Shown here one piece after another: positions 37,298 to 47,436 of a stretch of DNA of 64,000 bases. Both the position numbers and the translations under genes were made by a program. Numbering within the stretch: the stretch's first letter is position 1; each line of letters opens with the position of its first letter. Source of the stretch: Desulfobacteraceae bacterium (GTDB lineage: Bacteria; Desulfobacterota; Desulfobacteria; Desulfobacterales; Desulfosarcinaceae). The DNA is taken from assembly GCA_050305555.1 (NCBI GenBank), contig JBNLFN010000052.1, forward strand, positions 15,207 to 79,206. The letters run 5' to 3'. The notes beneath the pieces are model-generated. The model searched no databases. It was not told where the DNA came from and was given only the letters and a program-made list of their open reading frames with translations.

Positions 37298-38938
37298 ATG
37301 CTTACTCAACGATGGTACGACCCTTTGGTATGGATGGTGATGGTGTTGTCGGGACTCGGTTTTTTGTGGTCGCCGGTATGGGCGGCGACACTGGAATCGG
37401 ATGGCCAGGCGCCAGGGCGCACCATGGCCCAACAGGCCACCAAGACTCAAAGACCCTGGACGACCGCCGACCACAGCAAACACCCGGCTTTACAAAAACG
37501 CTTTTCAAAAGGGCAGGAAATTACGCAGGCTTGTCTGTCGTGCCACTCTGAAGCCGAACAGCAATTTAAACAGACCATTCATTGGACCTGGATCGGTCAT
37601 ACCGATGCATCCGGAAAGCAGTTGGGGAAGGCGGGTGACTCGCTGAACAATTTCTGTATCGCCACCAACAAAATGGCGGACAAGGGATGTTTGGCCTGCC
37701 ATACCGGATGGCAGGGCAAGAATCAGGGGGTCAATTGTCTGCTGTGCCATTCCCAAAAGAAGGTCAACTGGTCCGAGGCATTTGAGGATTACCGATCCTT
37801 TTCCGTTTCAGACGATCCAGAGGAGCTGGAGATCGCGCAGGAGATCCAGGCGGAGATTCAGACCGCGGTACAAAGCATCACGAGGCCAACACGCCAAAAT
37901 TGCGGCGAGTGCCATTTCAAAGGCGGCGGTGGTGATGGTGTCAAACATGGTGATCTGGACACCTCTCTTTCCAAACCCAATAAGGCCTTGGATGTGCACA
38001 TGGGTATCGACGGGCAGAATTTCGAGTGTACCCGGTGCCACACCACGGTGCAGCATCATGTGGCCGGGCGCATCTACTCCAAACCGGCCTACACCGATCG
38101 CCAAAGCCTGATTGAAAACGATCTCACGGCTAAAATCACCTGTGAATCCTGCCACAGCAGCACCCCCCACGCTTCTGGCCACAAAGCCAATGACCACACG
38201 GATAAAGTAGCCTGTCAAAGTTGTCACATTCCCAATTTTGCCCGGGTGCTGCCCACTAAAATGTCCTGGGATTGGTCCCAATCCGGCAAGCTCAAAGAAG
38301 GCAAAAAATATAAAGAGAAAGGCCCTTTGGGCACTTTCGACTACATGTCCATCAAAGGCCGGATGAGGTGGGAAAAAAATGTGGTGCCGGAGTACGCGTG
38401 GTTCAATGGCGCCATGAGCACCCTGACCGTCAAAGACGCCATTGACCCGGCCCATACCGTCGCGGTGTCGGGCCCGGTAGGCTCGGCAAACGATGCCAAT
38501 TCGCGTATCTTTCCCTTTAAGGTGCACCGGGGCAGACAACCCTTTGATAAGATCAACAACCACATGCTGGCACCGCTGTTATCCGGCAAGCATGGGTATT
38601 GGACCACATTGGACTGGCAAGATGCGCTGACCCGGGGTATGCAGGCAATGGGCGTGCCGTACTCCGGCCAATTCGATTTTGTTTCCACGACCTACTACTT
38701 TCCCACCACCCACATGGTGGCGCCCAAAGACAATGTAGTGACCTGCAATGCTTGCCATACTCGTAATGGCGGCCGTCTGGCCGATATCTCCGGCGTCTAC
38801 ATGCCCGGTCGCGATCGGTTGAAGCTGCTGGATACCATCGGCTGGGTGGCGGTGCTGGGTGCCTTGCTGGGGGTCAGCCTGCACGGTTTGGGCCGTATAT
38901 TTACCCGTAGCAACGGCAAAGGCAAGAAGGAGGCGTAG
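37298..38938 (+). CDS. octahaem c-type cytochrome, tetrathionate-reductase (Otr) family-like, C-terminal TM anchor
   Basis: Eight CxxCH motifs: CLSCH, CLACH, CLLCH, CGECH, CTRCH, CESCH, CQSCH, CNACH. HWTW and NNFCI motifs as in Otr-type proteins. Signal/anchor after MLTQRWYDPLVWMVMVLSGLGFLW. Confidence 0.75.
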   Translation: MLTQRWYDPLVWMVMVLSGLGFLWSPVWAATLESDGQAPGRTMAQQATKTQRPWTTADHSKHPALQKRFSKGQEITQACLSCHSEAEQQFKQTIHWTWIGHTDASGKQLGKAGDSLNNFCIATNKMADKGCLACHTGWQGKNQGVNCLLCHSQKKVNWSEAFEDYRSFSVSDDPEELEIAQEIQAEIQTAVQSITRPTRQNCGECHFKGGGGDGVKHGDLDTSLSKPNKALDVHMGIDGQNFECTRCHTTVQHHVAGRIYSKPAYTDRQSLIENDLTAKITCESCHSSTPHASGHKANDHTDKVACQSCHIPNFARVLPTKMSWDWSQSGKLKEGKKYKEKGPLGTFDYMSIKGRMRWEKNVVPEYAWFNGAMSTLTVKDAIDPAHTVAVSGPVGSANDANSRIFPFKVHRGRQPFDKINNHMLAPLLSGKHGYWTTLDWQDALTRGMQAMGVPYSGQFDFVSTTYYFPTTHMVAPKDNVVTCNACHTRNGGRLADISGVYMPGRDRLKLLDTIGWVAVLGALLGVSLHGLGRIFTRSNGKGKKEA

Positions 38939-38941
38939 CCC

Positions 38942-39604
38942 ATGTTGAACAACAAAGTCGTTATCTACCTTTACTCACGATACGAACGGTTCTGGCACTG
39001 GCTCCAAAGCGCCCTGATCATTGTATTGCTGCTGAGCGGTTTTGAAATCCACCAGGGTTTTGTACTGTTTGGGTTTCACGGCGCGGTAAAAGTGCACAAC
39101 TATCTGGGGCTGACCTGGTTGATCGCCTTTGCTTTTTTTGTCTTCTGGGTTTTTACGACCGGTGAATGGAAGCAGTATATCCCCACCACCAAAAAGATGC
39201 TGCTTGTCGTGCGGTATTACGGTTACGGGATTTTTCGCGGTGAAGCCCATCCGGTGCCCAAGCGCAAAGAGGCCAAACACAACCCTTTGCAGCGACTCAC
39301 TTATCTGGCGCTGGCCGCTTTTTTGCTGCCGTTTCAAATGATTACCGGTCTTTTATTCTGGGGGTACAACTCATGGGCGGCCTGGGGCCTCGATTCCCTC
39401 TCTTTGCCGGTGCTGGCCGTATTGCACACCATGGGCGCTTTTGCCATATTGACTTTTCTGGTGGTGCATATTTACATGACCACCACAGGACACAGTATCG
39501 TGGCGCACATCAAAGCTATGATCACCGGCTGGGAAGAGGTGGAAAAAGGCGAAGCCATAGAAGAATGGGAAGTGGCCCACGAAAGAACGCCAACCGCCCC
39601 ATAG
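38942..39604 (+). CDS. membrane cytochrome b (PhsC/FdnI/HyaC-like)
   Basis: YSRYERFWHWLQSALIIVLLLSG, four TM helices with conserved His residues (HNY, HTMG, HIYM). Starts 3 nt after the cytochrome c stop. Confidence 0.75.
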   Translation: MLNNKVVIYLYSRYERFWHWLQSALIIVLLLSGFEIHQGFVLFGFHGAVKVHNYLGLTWLIAFAFFVFWVFTTGEWKQYIPTTKKMLLVVRYYGYGIFRGEAHPVPKRKEAKHNPLQRLTYLALAAFLLPFQMITGLLFWGYNSWAAWGLDSLSLPVLAVLHTMGAFAILTFLVVHIYMTTTGHSIVAHIKAMITGWEEVEKGEAIEEWEVAHERTPTAP

Positions 39605-39640
39605 CAATTGCATGAAAGTTTGTTCAATAAAATTGGATCA

Positions 39641-39672
39641 GGGTCGCTCCTTTTAGAGCGGCCCTTTTTTAT
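39641..39672 (+). terminator. rho-independent terminator of the cytochrome operon
   Basis: GGGTCGCTC-cttttaG-AGCGGCCC stem followed by TTTTTTATT. Confidence 0.6.
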
Positions 39673-40004
39673 TCAACTTTGGGGTTATATTTTCGCCTGG
39701 AAATAATCACGCGCCTATCAACGGGTAAAATCTTACCGCTGATGCGTCGGATTAATAAAAAATTATCGCGGCTCTCTATAAAGCTTAAGTAAGCAGCCAG
39801 TGTAACCGGATCTGTCACAAGGCCATGTTATAACAGCCTCAAAACCTGGAAAGTGCACGCAACCTTTATAGTTTCAAGTGTCAGTGTCGTCGTTCATTGA
39901 TCACTGGTAAAATTACGGACTGTAGCAGCTCTGTCATAGCCGTTCATAATGATCTATAGCTTTCGTCTTCGTGTTCTTAGCAAGAGACATCCGCGTTGAT
40001 TGGA

Positions 40005-40043
40005 GAAAAAAAGCACCGGCAAGGCGCGATGGCTTTGCCGGTG
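40005..40043 (-). terminator. rho-independent terminator of the MCP gene
   Basis: The minus strand reads CACCGGCAAAGCC-atcgc-GCCTTGCCGGTG followed by CTTTTTTT. Confidence 0.65.
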
Positions 40044-40088
40044 CAGCGATCTGATTTTAGGATCTTCTTTTCCGGGCAATCCTGATTT

Positions 40089-42203
40089 TTAGACTTTAAA
40101 ACGACCGACAAGTTCCTTTAATTGCACGGCCAAGTTGGAAAGTTTCTCTGCGCTGAGGTTGACCTGGCTGCTGTTGCTGGTCATCTCATCGGTCTGGTGA
40201 TTGACTTGATCGATGTCCTGGTTAATGGTGCTGGCCACTGTGGAGCTCTGGGCCACATTTTGATTGACTTCGCTGATGCCCTGGGAAGCATGGGTGACGT
40301 TTTTGGCGATCTCCTGGGTGGTGGCCGATTGCTCTTCCACGGCTGTGGCAATGGTGGAGACGATTTGATCGATTTCGTCGATAACCCTTGAGATGGTCTG
40401 AATGGCGTCCACCACGCTGCCGGAGCTGGTTTGGATGCCGCCCACCTGGCGTTTGATATCCTGGGTGGCTTCGGCCGTCTGTTTGGCCAGATCCTTGATC
40501 TCATTGGCCACAACGGCAAAACCTTTTCCGGCCTCGCCTGCCCGAGCAGCCTCGATGGTGGCATTGAGGGCCAACAGATTGGTTTGCTCGGATATCTCGG
40601 TGATGGCTTCGGTCACTTTGCCGATTTCTTGGGCCGACACACCCAGTTCGCCCACCGTGCCGGACGCATCTTTGGCTTGGGATACGGCTTCGGAAGTGAT
40701 GGACCGGGCGCGTTCGGAATTTTTTGCGATTTCACTGATGGTGCTGCTCATCTCTTCCGAGGAAGAAGCCACGATGGAAAGATTGGCTGTGGCTTGTTCC
40801 ATGGCGGCAGCCACGGAGCTGAGGTTGTTGCTCATCTCTTCGGATGAGGCGGATACGCTGTTGGATTGAATCGATGTTTTTTCCGCACGGTCCGACATCA
40901 GGTTGGCTATTTCGGTGAGCTCCGAAGAGGAGCCGGTCATGGTGTCGACCCCGGAGATGACCTCTTTGAACATCGATCCCACACTGTGGGTCATGTCGTT
41001 TAGGGCCCTTGCCAGAATGCCCACTTCATCTTTCTGATCGATATCCAGGTTCTGGCTGAAGTCTCCTTCAGCCATGGTTCTGGCAAAATCAACTCCCCGA
41101 ATAATGGGCTTGGTAATTGTACGGGTAACCAACAGAGCAAAGATCACGATAGCCGCCACAATGAACAGGGCGACGGAGGTCATTCGCCATTGTATTTTTT
41201 GGACCATTGCAAATGCTTCTTTGACATCGATTTCAGCCACCAAGGCCCAGCGTTGACCGGCGAACTCTACCGGGCTGTAACTGGCCAATACCTTTTGTCC
41301 CATGTAATTGGTGGTGATGATGGTGTTGGATTGGCCCGCCAGGGCAGCTTTGACGGCCGCGGTGCTCATTTTCCCTTTTTCCGGATGGGCAAAGGCGCTA
41401 TCTACCGTATAGCGTTTCGGGGCAAAGCGGGTATCGGATCGCATCAGTTGATCGGGACCCACCAGGTAGGTTTCGCCGGTTTCGCCCATGCCTGAACGTT
41501 CGCTCATGATCTGGTTGATGTGATCGGCTGAGATGCGAAAGATCACCACCGCTCTCGTGAACTCTTGTTCTTCAATTAGTGGGTAGGCGGCAAAAGCGCA
41601 GGGTCGGTTGCCGTCAGGACCATAGGGGGTAAAATCCAAAAAGACAGCTTTATGGCCATTTTGCGCCATCTTCCATATTTTGGCCAATGGGCTCGTTTTC
41701 AAAGGGCCGTAGACGAGGTTGGCTGCCAGATCACTTTTTCGCGTGGCTGAGTATTGGACATGCCCCCAGGGGGTGCTCACAAAATAGATATCAGCATAGC
41801 CGCCCTCTTTACACATGCGTGTAAAATTTCGAGCATCGACGGTTACGATTTCGTTATAGCCTTTGTCAAAGTTTCTTCCACTGGTGCGGCCTTCACGCGC
41901 AGTTTTAAACGCTTCGGTTTCAGAGATGTTGTTCAAATTGGCGTACATATCGAACTTTTCATACAGGTAATAGGCATCCTGGCTTAGAGTCAGGGTCTCT
42001 ATATCGTTCAAGACCTGTTTGAAATAGTCCTCGATCTGATTTTTTTTGGTCTGCTTGACAGCTTGAAGTTTTTCAAAAGCGGCTTGGTTGAGCGCCTTTT
42101 TTGTCGCTGCCGATGAAAGGATGCCTACGATGGACAGCGGCAATAGTCCGACGAGCAAAAAACAAACCAACAATTTGGGTCCGAGTTTGATATTCTTAAA
42201 CAT
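40089..42203 (-). CDS. methyl-accepting chemotaxis protein with double-Cache sensor domain
   Basis: TM segment, a ~300-aa periplasmic dCache-like region, TM segment, HAMP, and the highly conserved MCP hairpin [37 protein letters not shown]. Confidence 0.9.
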   Translation of the reverse strand: MFKNIKLGPKLLVCFLLVGLLPLSIVGILSSAATKKALNQAAFEKLQAVKQTKKNQIEDYFKQVLNDIETLTLSQDAYYLYEKFDMYANLNNISETEAFKTAREGRTSGRNFDKGYNEIVTVDARNFTRMCKEGGYADIYFVSTPWGHVQYSATRKSDLAANLVYGPLKTSPLAKIWKMAQNGHKAVFLDFTPYGPDGNRPCAFAAYPLIEEQEFTRAVVIFRISADHINQIMSERSGMGETGETYLVGPDQLMRSDTRFAPKRYTVDSAFAHPEKGKMSTAAVKAALAGQSNTIITTNYMGQKVLASYSPVEFAGQRWALVAEIDVKEAFAMVQKIQWRMTSVALFIVAAIVIFALLVTRTITKPIIRGVDFARTMAEGDFSQNLDIDQKDEVGILARALNDMTHSVGSMFKEVISGVDTMTGSSSELTEIANLMSDRAEKTSIQSNSVSASSEEMSNNLSSVAAAMEQATANLSIVASSSEEMSSTISEIAKNSERARSITSEAVSQAKDASGTVGELGVSAQEIGKVTEAITEISEQTNLLALNATIEAARAGEAGKGFAVVANEIKDLAKQTAEATQDIKRQVGGIQTSSGSVVDAIQTISRVIDEIDQIVSTIATAVEEQSATTQEIAKNVTHASQGISEVNQNVAQSSTVASTINQDIDQVNHQTDEMTSNSSQVNLSAEKLSNLAVQLKELVGRFKV

Positions 42204-42451
42204 TTGAACTCCCTTAGCGCCAAGTGGTGTGTGCTAGCGCAGTCGTCGTTGAACCGGTGGTGCACCGGCTCACGGGTTTCCGATTTCAATGGAGCCAAAG
42301 GGTAATTGTCGCCGGAAATGCGGTTTAAGCGACGAGTCCTTTCCCCTTTTGTGTTGTCATTATTATCGTTCAATAGGGTTGAATCTTAAGATATTTATAA
42401 CATTTTTCTTTGTCCTGGCAGGAATTTAATTGGAAAGATCTGTTTCGATAT

Positions 42452-42970
42452 CTATTGCGCGTTGCGGAATGCTGCGATGGATTCCAGAAAGGTGTCGGCC
42501 TCTTTTTCGTCGGCAAAAGCGGACAGGGGAACGACAAAATGGAGTATACCGGTGGTGATGAGATAAAGGTGCTTTCGATCACGGCCGGCGCTAACCAAGT
42601 GGTCCCATGGGTATAAGGTTTGCTCGTTGCCGATGCGAACGGTCGCGCCTTCAGGGGCGATGCTTAAAAGGCGGTCTTTGTCAAACTGCCCGGTTTTATC
42701 TTTACGGCGTTCGCGTTTGAAATCTTTTTTAAACTGCACCACCACCGCGCGTGCCCGTAACAGCCATGCCAGGCTGCTGACGATCACAAAGCCGATCAAC
42801 ACATTCAGGCGGTTGTGGTTGATTGCAAAAACAAGGGTAAGCGCAATAATGATGGTCTCCATGACCATAAAGCGATACAGCATCATTTTCTTGCCCAGGC
42901 GGGTATTTCGCAGGAAATATTTTTGCAGGGCGACCAAATGTTCCAAAGTGTTGCGGTAGCGGACTTGCAC
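42452..42970 (-). CDS. YcxB-like membrane protein
   Basis: Two central TM helices with C-terminal ..YPWDHLVSAGRDRKHLYLITTGILHFVVPLSAF (bPH/YcxB-like). Confidence 0.5.
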   Translation of the reverse strand: MQVRYRNTLEHLVALQKYFLRNTRLGKKMMLYRFMVMETIIIALTLVFAINHNRLNVLIGFVIVSSLAWLLRARAVVVQFKKDFKRERRKDKTGQFDKDRLLSIAPEGATVRIGNEQTLYPWDHLVSAGRDRKHLYLITTGILHFVVPLSAFADEKEADTFLESIAAFRNAQ

Positions 42971-43071
42971 GTAAGGCCTCTCCGGTTAGATAGATTGACG
43001 GCAGTGAGTTTATACCCTGCAAATCGCGTTTATCTACAAGCAGTTTAAAGATAAAGGCCAACGGTGCATCT

Positions 43072-43800
43072 CTATACGCTGGCGGTTTGCCTTTCTTCGC
43101 TATCCACAATGGTCTGAATCACATACTCGATATGACGCTTGGTGGCCATATGGGCATTCATGGGATCGTGTGCTTTGATCGCATTAATGATGGCAATGTG
43201 TTGCTGGTGAATCGTTTCGAAACTCCGCGATTCGCGATACAGGGTGAACAGGTTTTCCTCGATACCATAAGATAGAAAATCGTGGAATTGTTTCATCATG
43301 AAAACCTGCAGTGGATTATGGGTGGCATAGGCAATGGCCATGTGAAACTGTGTGTCCGCATCAGATCCCAGGTTGCCGGCTTGGACTTCATCAACGATCT
43401 CTTTCAGGCTTCTTTCCAAAAAATCTATGTCTGAATCCTGGGCGCGCTGGGCCGCCAACGCCGCTGCGTTGCATTCCAGGCCCATGCGCACTTCAAGAAG
43501 ATCTTGCAGTGTGGCGTTTTGCGATGCCATAACCTTGGCCATGTAGGAGTGTGCCTTACCGCCCGGCGCACAGACAAAAGTCCCCTGCCCCTGCCGTTGT
43601 TCCAACATGCCCATTACCACCAATTTGTTGATGGCGTCGCGCACTGACGTACGACTCACCCGAAACGCATCGGACAATTCCCGTTCGGTCATGATTTTTT
43701 GGCCGGGTTTAAAATCCCCTCGCAGAATGAGGTCATGCAATTGATCAAATACCTGATCGGCAATCCGTTTGGGTTTGATAGGTTTTAGCACCTGGGACAT
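43072..43800 (-). CDS. FadR-family (GntR superfamily) regulator with FCD domain
   Basis: IADQVFDQLHDLILRGDFKPGQKIMTERELSDAFRVSRTSVRDAINKLVVMGMLEQRQGQGTFV followed by a helical FCD domain (LLEVRMGLE.., FHMAIA). Confidence 0.85.
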   Translation of the reverse strand: MSQVLKPIKPKRIADQVFDQLHDLILRGDFKPGQKIMTERELSDAFRVSRTSVRDAINKLVVMGMLEQRQGQGTFVCAPGGKAHSYMAKVMASQNATLQDLLEVRMGLECNAAALAAQRAQDSDIDFLERSLKEIVDEVQAGNLGSDADTQFHMAIAYATHNPLQVFMMKQFHDFLSYGIEENLFTLYRESRSFETIHQQHIAIINAIKAHDPMNAHMATKRHIEYVIQTIVDSEERQTASV

Positions 43801-43952
43801 GGTGCCCCTCCTTTTGCTCGAGAGCCCTGACTGAAATAAGCGGTGTGCCCGGTGGGCATTGCCTAATTTTTATGCCAAAGGGATATCACATGTCAAGGTT
43901 TTACCAAAGGACATTAAAGCAAACAATTGGCTTTGCCGTGGTATAGACACTA

Positions 43953-43963
43953 AGGTAATACCA
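43953..43963. promoter_or_regulatory. degenerate TGGTA-N-TACCA-like site (AGGTAATACCA) between the divergent GntR genes
   Basis: 10/11 match to the box found at 47426, 59188 and 62849, located in the shared regulator intergenic region. Confidence 0.3.
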
Positions 43964-44316
43964 TAAATCGATATTTTGCTTAGTATATTGAAATGAATTA
44001 AATATATTTAAAACAAATATATAAAAACATGCGATTTGAAAAACGGTGGATGGAAATACCGTATTGCCGGGTATTGTGGTGCCGTAGATGCTATAGGTCG
44101 TACCATAGTCCAAGACGACTTCAGTTTAGGGCGGGCGGATACCAGCGACCCGATGTCCAATATCCATGAAGCGGCGGCGAAAGATCATCTGACTTCTGAA
44201 TAGTCGGTGATGAGCCAGTATGCCTTTGATCCCGTGTTGGGTATTTAACCTTTGACACCAATGTGATACACTTCTATTTACAAGAAGTGGTAAAAAAAAA
44301 TACATAGGATAGCGGT

Positions 44317-45147
44317 ATGGAAAGGCAATTAATGGTTCCCAACACCCTTAAACCCAAAAAATTGGCTGACCAGGTATTTGAGCGCATTCGGGATCTTATC
44401 TTTAAGGGGGATCTTCGACCCGGGGAACAGCTTAAATCCGAACGTGAGTTGTCCGACATATTGTCCGTCAGTCGCCCCACCATCCGGCAAGCCATTCGCA
44501 AACTGATTGAGCTGGGATTGATCGAAAACCGCCAGGGACAAGGGACCTATATTTGCAACCCCAAAGAGGTCCGCGGTCACAACATGCTAAGGGAGATGAT
44601 CGATTGGGGCGAGGCCAGCCTGCGGGATTTGCTTGAAGTGCGCATGGCCCTGGAATGCCAGGCTGCCACATCGGCCGCTTTAAGAGCGACGGCAGCGGAT
44701 GTGGTTGCCCTGGAACGGCATGTGGAAGATATGCGCAGCTCCATCCAAACAGGCGAGCTGGGGATACTGGAAGATGTGCGTTTTCATATGACCCTGGCCT
44801 ACGCCACAAAGAATCAAGTCCAGATCATGCTGATGAAGAACCTCTATGATTTGCTTCACTTCGGCATTGAAGAGAGTTTGAAGCAGCTTTATATGGACCC
44901 CAAGAACCTTGAAACGATCATCAGTCAGCATAAACGCGTGTGCGATGCCATCCGGCAGCGTGATCCGGACGAAGCTTACGAGGCCATGCACCGTCACATC
45001 ACCTTTCTGATCAACACCATGTGCGACGAAAGCCGCATGCTGAAGCAAGACCTTGCCGTGCATTCCGATGATGCAGCAAAGGGCGATACGGGTTTTGCTG
45101 ATAAATCCCCCCGCACCGAATTATCGCCGGCTGCCAACGCACAATAG
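44317..45147 (+). CDS. second FadR-family (GntR superfamily) regulator with FCD domain and extended C-terminus
   Basis: LADQVFERIRDLIFKGDLRPGEQLKSERELSDILSVSRPTIRQAIRKLIELGLIENRQGQGTYI; LLEVRMALE; FHMTLA. Confidence 0.85.
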   Translation: MERQLMVPNTLKPKKLADQVFERIRDLIFKGDLRPGEQLKSERELSDILSVSRPTIRQAIRKLIELGLIENRQGQGTYICNPKEVRGHNMLREMIDWGEASLRDLLEVRMALECQAATSAALRATAADVVALERHVEDMRSSIQTGELGILEDVRFHMTLAYATKNQVQIMLMKNLYDLLHFGIEESLKQLYMDPKNLETIISQHKRVCDAIRQRDPDEAYEAMHRHITFLINTMCDESRMLKQDLAVHSDDAAKGDTGFADKSPRTELSPAANAQ

Positions 45148-45204
45148 TGTTGGGCTTAACACGCATCCAAACCACCGGCGTCTGAAAGCTGAAGGTTGAT
45201 CCAT

Positions 45205-45243
45205 AAAAAACCGCTGCTTGCCAAATGTGTGACAAACAGCGGT
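45205..45243 (-). terminator. rho-independent terminator of larA
   Basis: The minus strand reads ACCGCTGTTTG-tcacacatttgg-CAAGCAGCGGT followed by TTTTTT. Confidence 0.55.
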
Positions 45244-45279
45244 AAGCCATGCGGCTGTGTGATAGGTCAATGGACCGGT

Positions 45280-46599
45280 TTATACATTCATGGCCGGGGC
45301 GTGCATCGATCCTTTCTCGCTGGACCGGGCTATGGCTTCATCAACCAGCCCGACAACATAGGGCCCTTCATGTGAAACCGCAACGGATTGATGATCCATG
45401 GTCAGCTTGGTTATGGCGGCCTGGATATCGTCAATCTTGGTGATGCCGATATCCTTTAGCTCTTTTTCTTCTAAATATGGGGAGTAGACATAGACATTGG
45501 ATGCTTTGGCCAGGGCTTGGTAGGTGGTCTGCAGGCACCATTGGTCGATTTCAAAATTCTCCGGGTTGCAACGCTTGGCGACAAATTCTTCTGTGGAGCA
45601 CCCTTCTCTGACCATCTCGCAATATTCAACCGATCCCAAGCCTTCACGGCATTCGCAGGCGATGATGATGGACCCGCCCTCCCGTATGAGATCGCTGGCG
45701 GCAATCAACCCCTTGCTTACTTGATAAAACGTTGCATCCAGAGGGTAGCCACCGGCCGAAGTGATCACCAAGTCGACCGGTTTGGCGACCTTTTGCACGG
45801 ACATCTGTTCGACCTTTTTGCATCCGGCTTGGTGGGCTTCCGTATGGTGGCCGGCAAAGATACCGACCAGTTTGCGTTGTTTGTTAATGATCACATTGAC
45901 AATAAAGTCGACGCCTGCCAGTTGGGCGACTTTTTCGCCTGCTGCGTGGAATGGGTTGCCTTCCAGTTTGCAATTGGTCACATTCGGGTGGTCGATCATC
46001 GCAAAGGAGTGCATGAAGGTCATGGTTTTATAGCTGGAGATGCCGGGCAGTATGGATTTGCGTCCGCCCGAATAGCCGGCGTACATATGGGGTTCGATCA
46101 GGCCGGTTAAAATTTTTAAATCCGCATCCAGGTAGTGCTTGTTGATTTCAATGGCGGCACCGTCGATATCCGCGATATGTCGCAGGTCCTCCGCTTTGCG
46201 GCAGTAGTGGTTCTCAATACGGTAATTGGCCATGATCTCGGCGCCCACCATCTGTTCGAGCTCTTGATCTAAATTGGGCCGGTGCATGCCGGTGGCGATC
46301 AAAATAACAATATTTTCACGCGCGATACCTGAAGATTCCAATGTGTTTAATATCGGCGGCAGGATGATCTTGTTCGGCACCGGCCGCGTAATATCGGAAA
46401 TAACCACGCAGGCGTTTTTGCGGCCTTGGGCCACTTGGGCCAAGGGTGGTGCGCCAATGGGGTTGCTGATCGCATCTTGCACACACTTTTCAGGGTTGGG
46501 CAGGGGCGCAGCCGGGTTCGGATTCAGCATAATGGCATCTTCGGGCACTTCGATTTCTAACTCTTTTTCACCGCATAAAATTTTGGCCTTCATAGCCAC
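45280..46599 (-). CDS. larA: nickel-pincer-dependent lactate racemase LarA
   Basis: ...NPIGAPPLAQVAQGRKNACVVISDITRPVPNKIILPPIL...IVILIATGMHRPN... is the LarA/DUF2088 signature. GGAGGTG RBS. Confidence 0.85.
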   Translation of the reverse strand: MAMKAKILCGEKELEIEVPEDAIMLNPNPAAPLPNPEKCVQDAISNPIGAPPLAQVAQGRKNACVVISDITRPVPNKIILPPILNTLESSGIARENIVILIATGMHRPNLDQELEQMVGAEIMANYRIENHYCRKAEDLRHIADIDGAAIEINKHYLDADLKILTGLIEPHMYAGYSGGRKSILPGISSYKTMTFMHSFAMIDHPNVTNCKLEGNPFHAAGEKVAQLAGVDFIVNVIINKQRKLVGIFAGHHTEAHQAGCKKVEQMSVQKVAKPVDLVITSAGGYPLDATFYQVSKGLIAASDLIREGGSIIIACECREGLGSVEYCEMVREGCSTEEFVAKRCNPENFEIDQWCLQTTYQALAKASNVYVYSPYLEEKELKDIGITKIDDIQAAITKLTMDHQSVAVSHEGPYVVGLVDEAIARSSEKGSMHAPAMNV

Positions 46600-47245
46600 C
46601 TCCTGGGTAATATATTTAACCTTTTTTGATTGGCTCCTGGTCGGCTTTTCGCCTTGCCTATAACGATCTGAATGTTATTAGCATAATTTAATGGTAAAAT
46701 AATATTACCAGTAAATGATTGTCAATAATTTCTTTTATTTTTCTTGGAATTTTAGGATATCGATAAATTAACAATATAATCATTATGATATAATATAGTT
46801 TACATGCGGAAATTAATAATAAAATACATCAAACGCCATAAACGGTAAAAAAAATCGGCCTTATGTTGCATGATAAATAGTACGTTTTTCCCGAAGCAGG
46901 GTATTTATTGGTATAATTGATTTATTATTAGGGCTTCACACGTACCCCATGTTTAATTCTGAATAAGATGATATTATACAAACAGCTAAAAACAATTGAG
47001 AAATAAATAATCTGGAATGATGTTAAACCATAGGGTGGATGCAAAAATTATTTTACCTTGTCAGAAGGGATTGGTTTTTGAACCCGCAGACGCTATGGGT
47101 CTGACATGGGCGCGGTTCGGGATTGCTGAGACCGGTTCGTCTTGCCTTTACAGATAGCCTCCCATTTTGCCGTAAGTCTTTTAGTCTTTTCATATTTATA
47201 TTAATGCATTCATCTCCGTGGTTTTTTTGTTGTACGATCGTCCCT

Positions 47246-47261
47246 TGGTATGGATATTGCT
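47246..47261 (+). promoter_or_regulatory. sigma-54 promoter candidate for the 47.5-58.9 kb operon
   Basis: TGGTAT-GGATA-TTGCT with correct GG-N10-GC spacing, 265 nt upstream of the ATG at 47526. Confidence 0.55.
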
Positions 47262-47425
47262 CTCAGGAAATACTAAAGGTCTTACCAATAGGGCCGGCGG
47301 TGCTGGGCACCTAATAAGTAAAATATTTAATAAAACAAGTAAATTAATGGCGTATTAAAAAATATATCCGAAAAAAAATGATTTTATCAGTTGACGAAGG
47401 GGGAAAAGCGGTGTAGCCACATTAT

Positions 47426-47436
47426 TGGTAGTACCA
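47426..47436. promoter_or_regulatory. palindromic TGGTAGTACCA box (candidate FadR/GntR operator)
   Basis: A perfect 5-N-5 palindrome within ATTATTGGTAGTACCATAAT, between the sigma-54 promoter and the start codon. The same 11-mer occurs at 62849 and TGGTATTACCA at 59188. Confidence 0.5.

Noticed and set aside
37808-38563. 251-aa ORF on the minus strand
   Set aside because: Antisense to the octahaem cytochrome gene, with no motifs. Shadow ORF.
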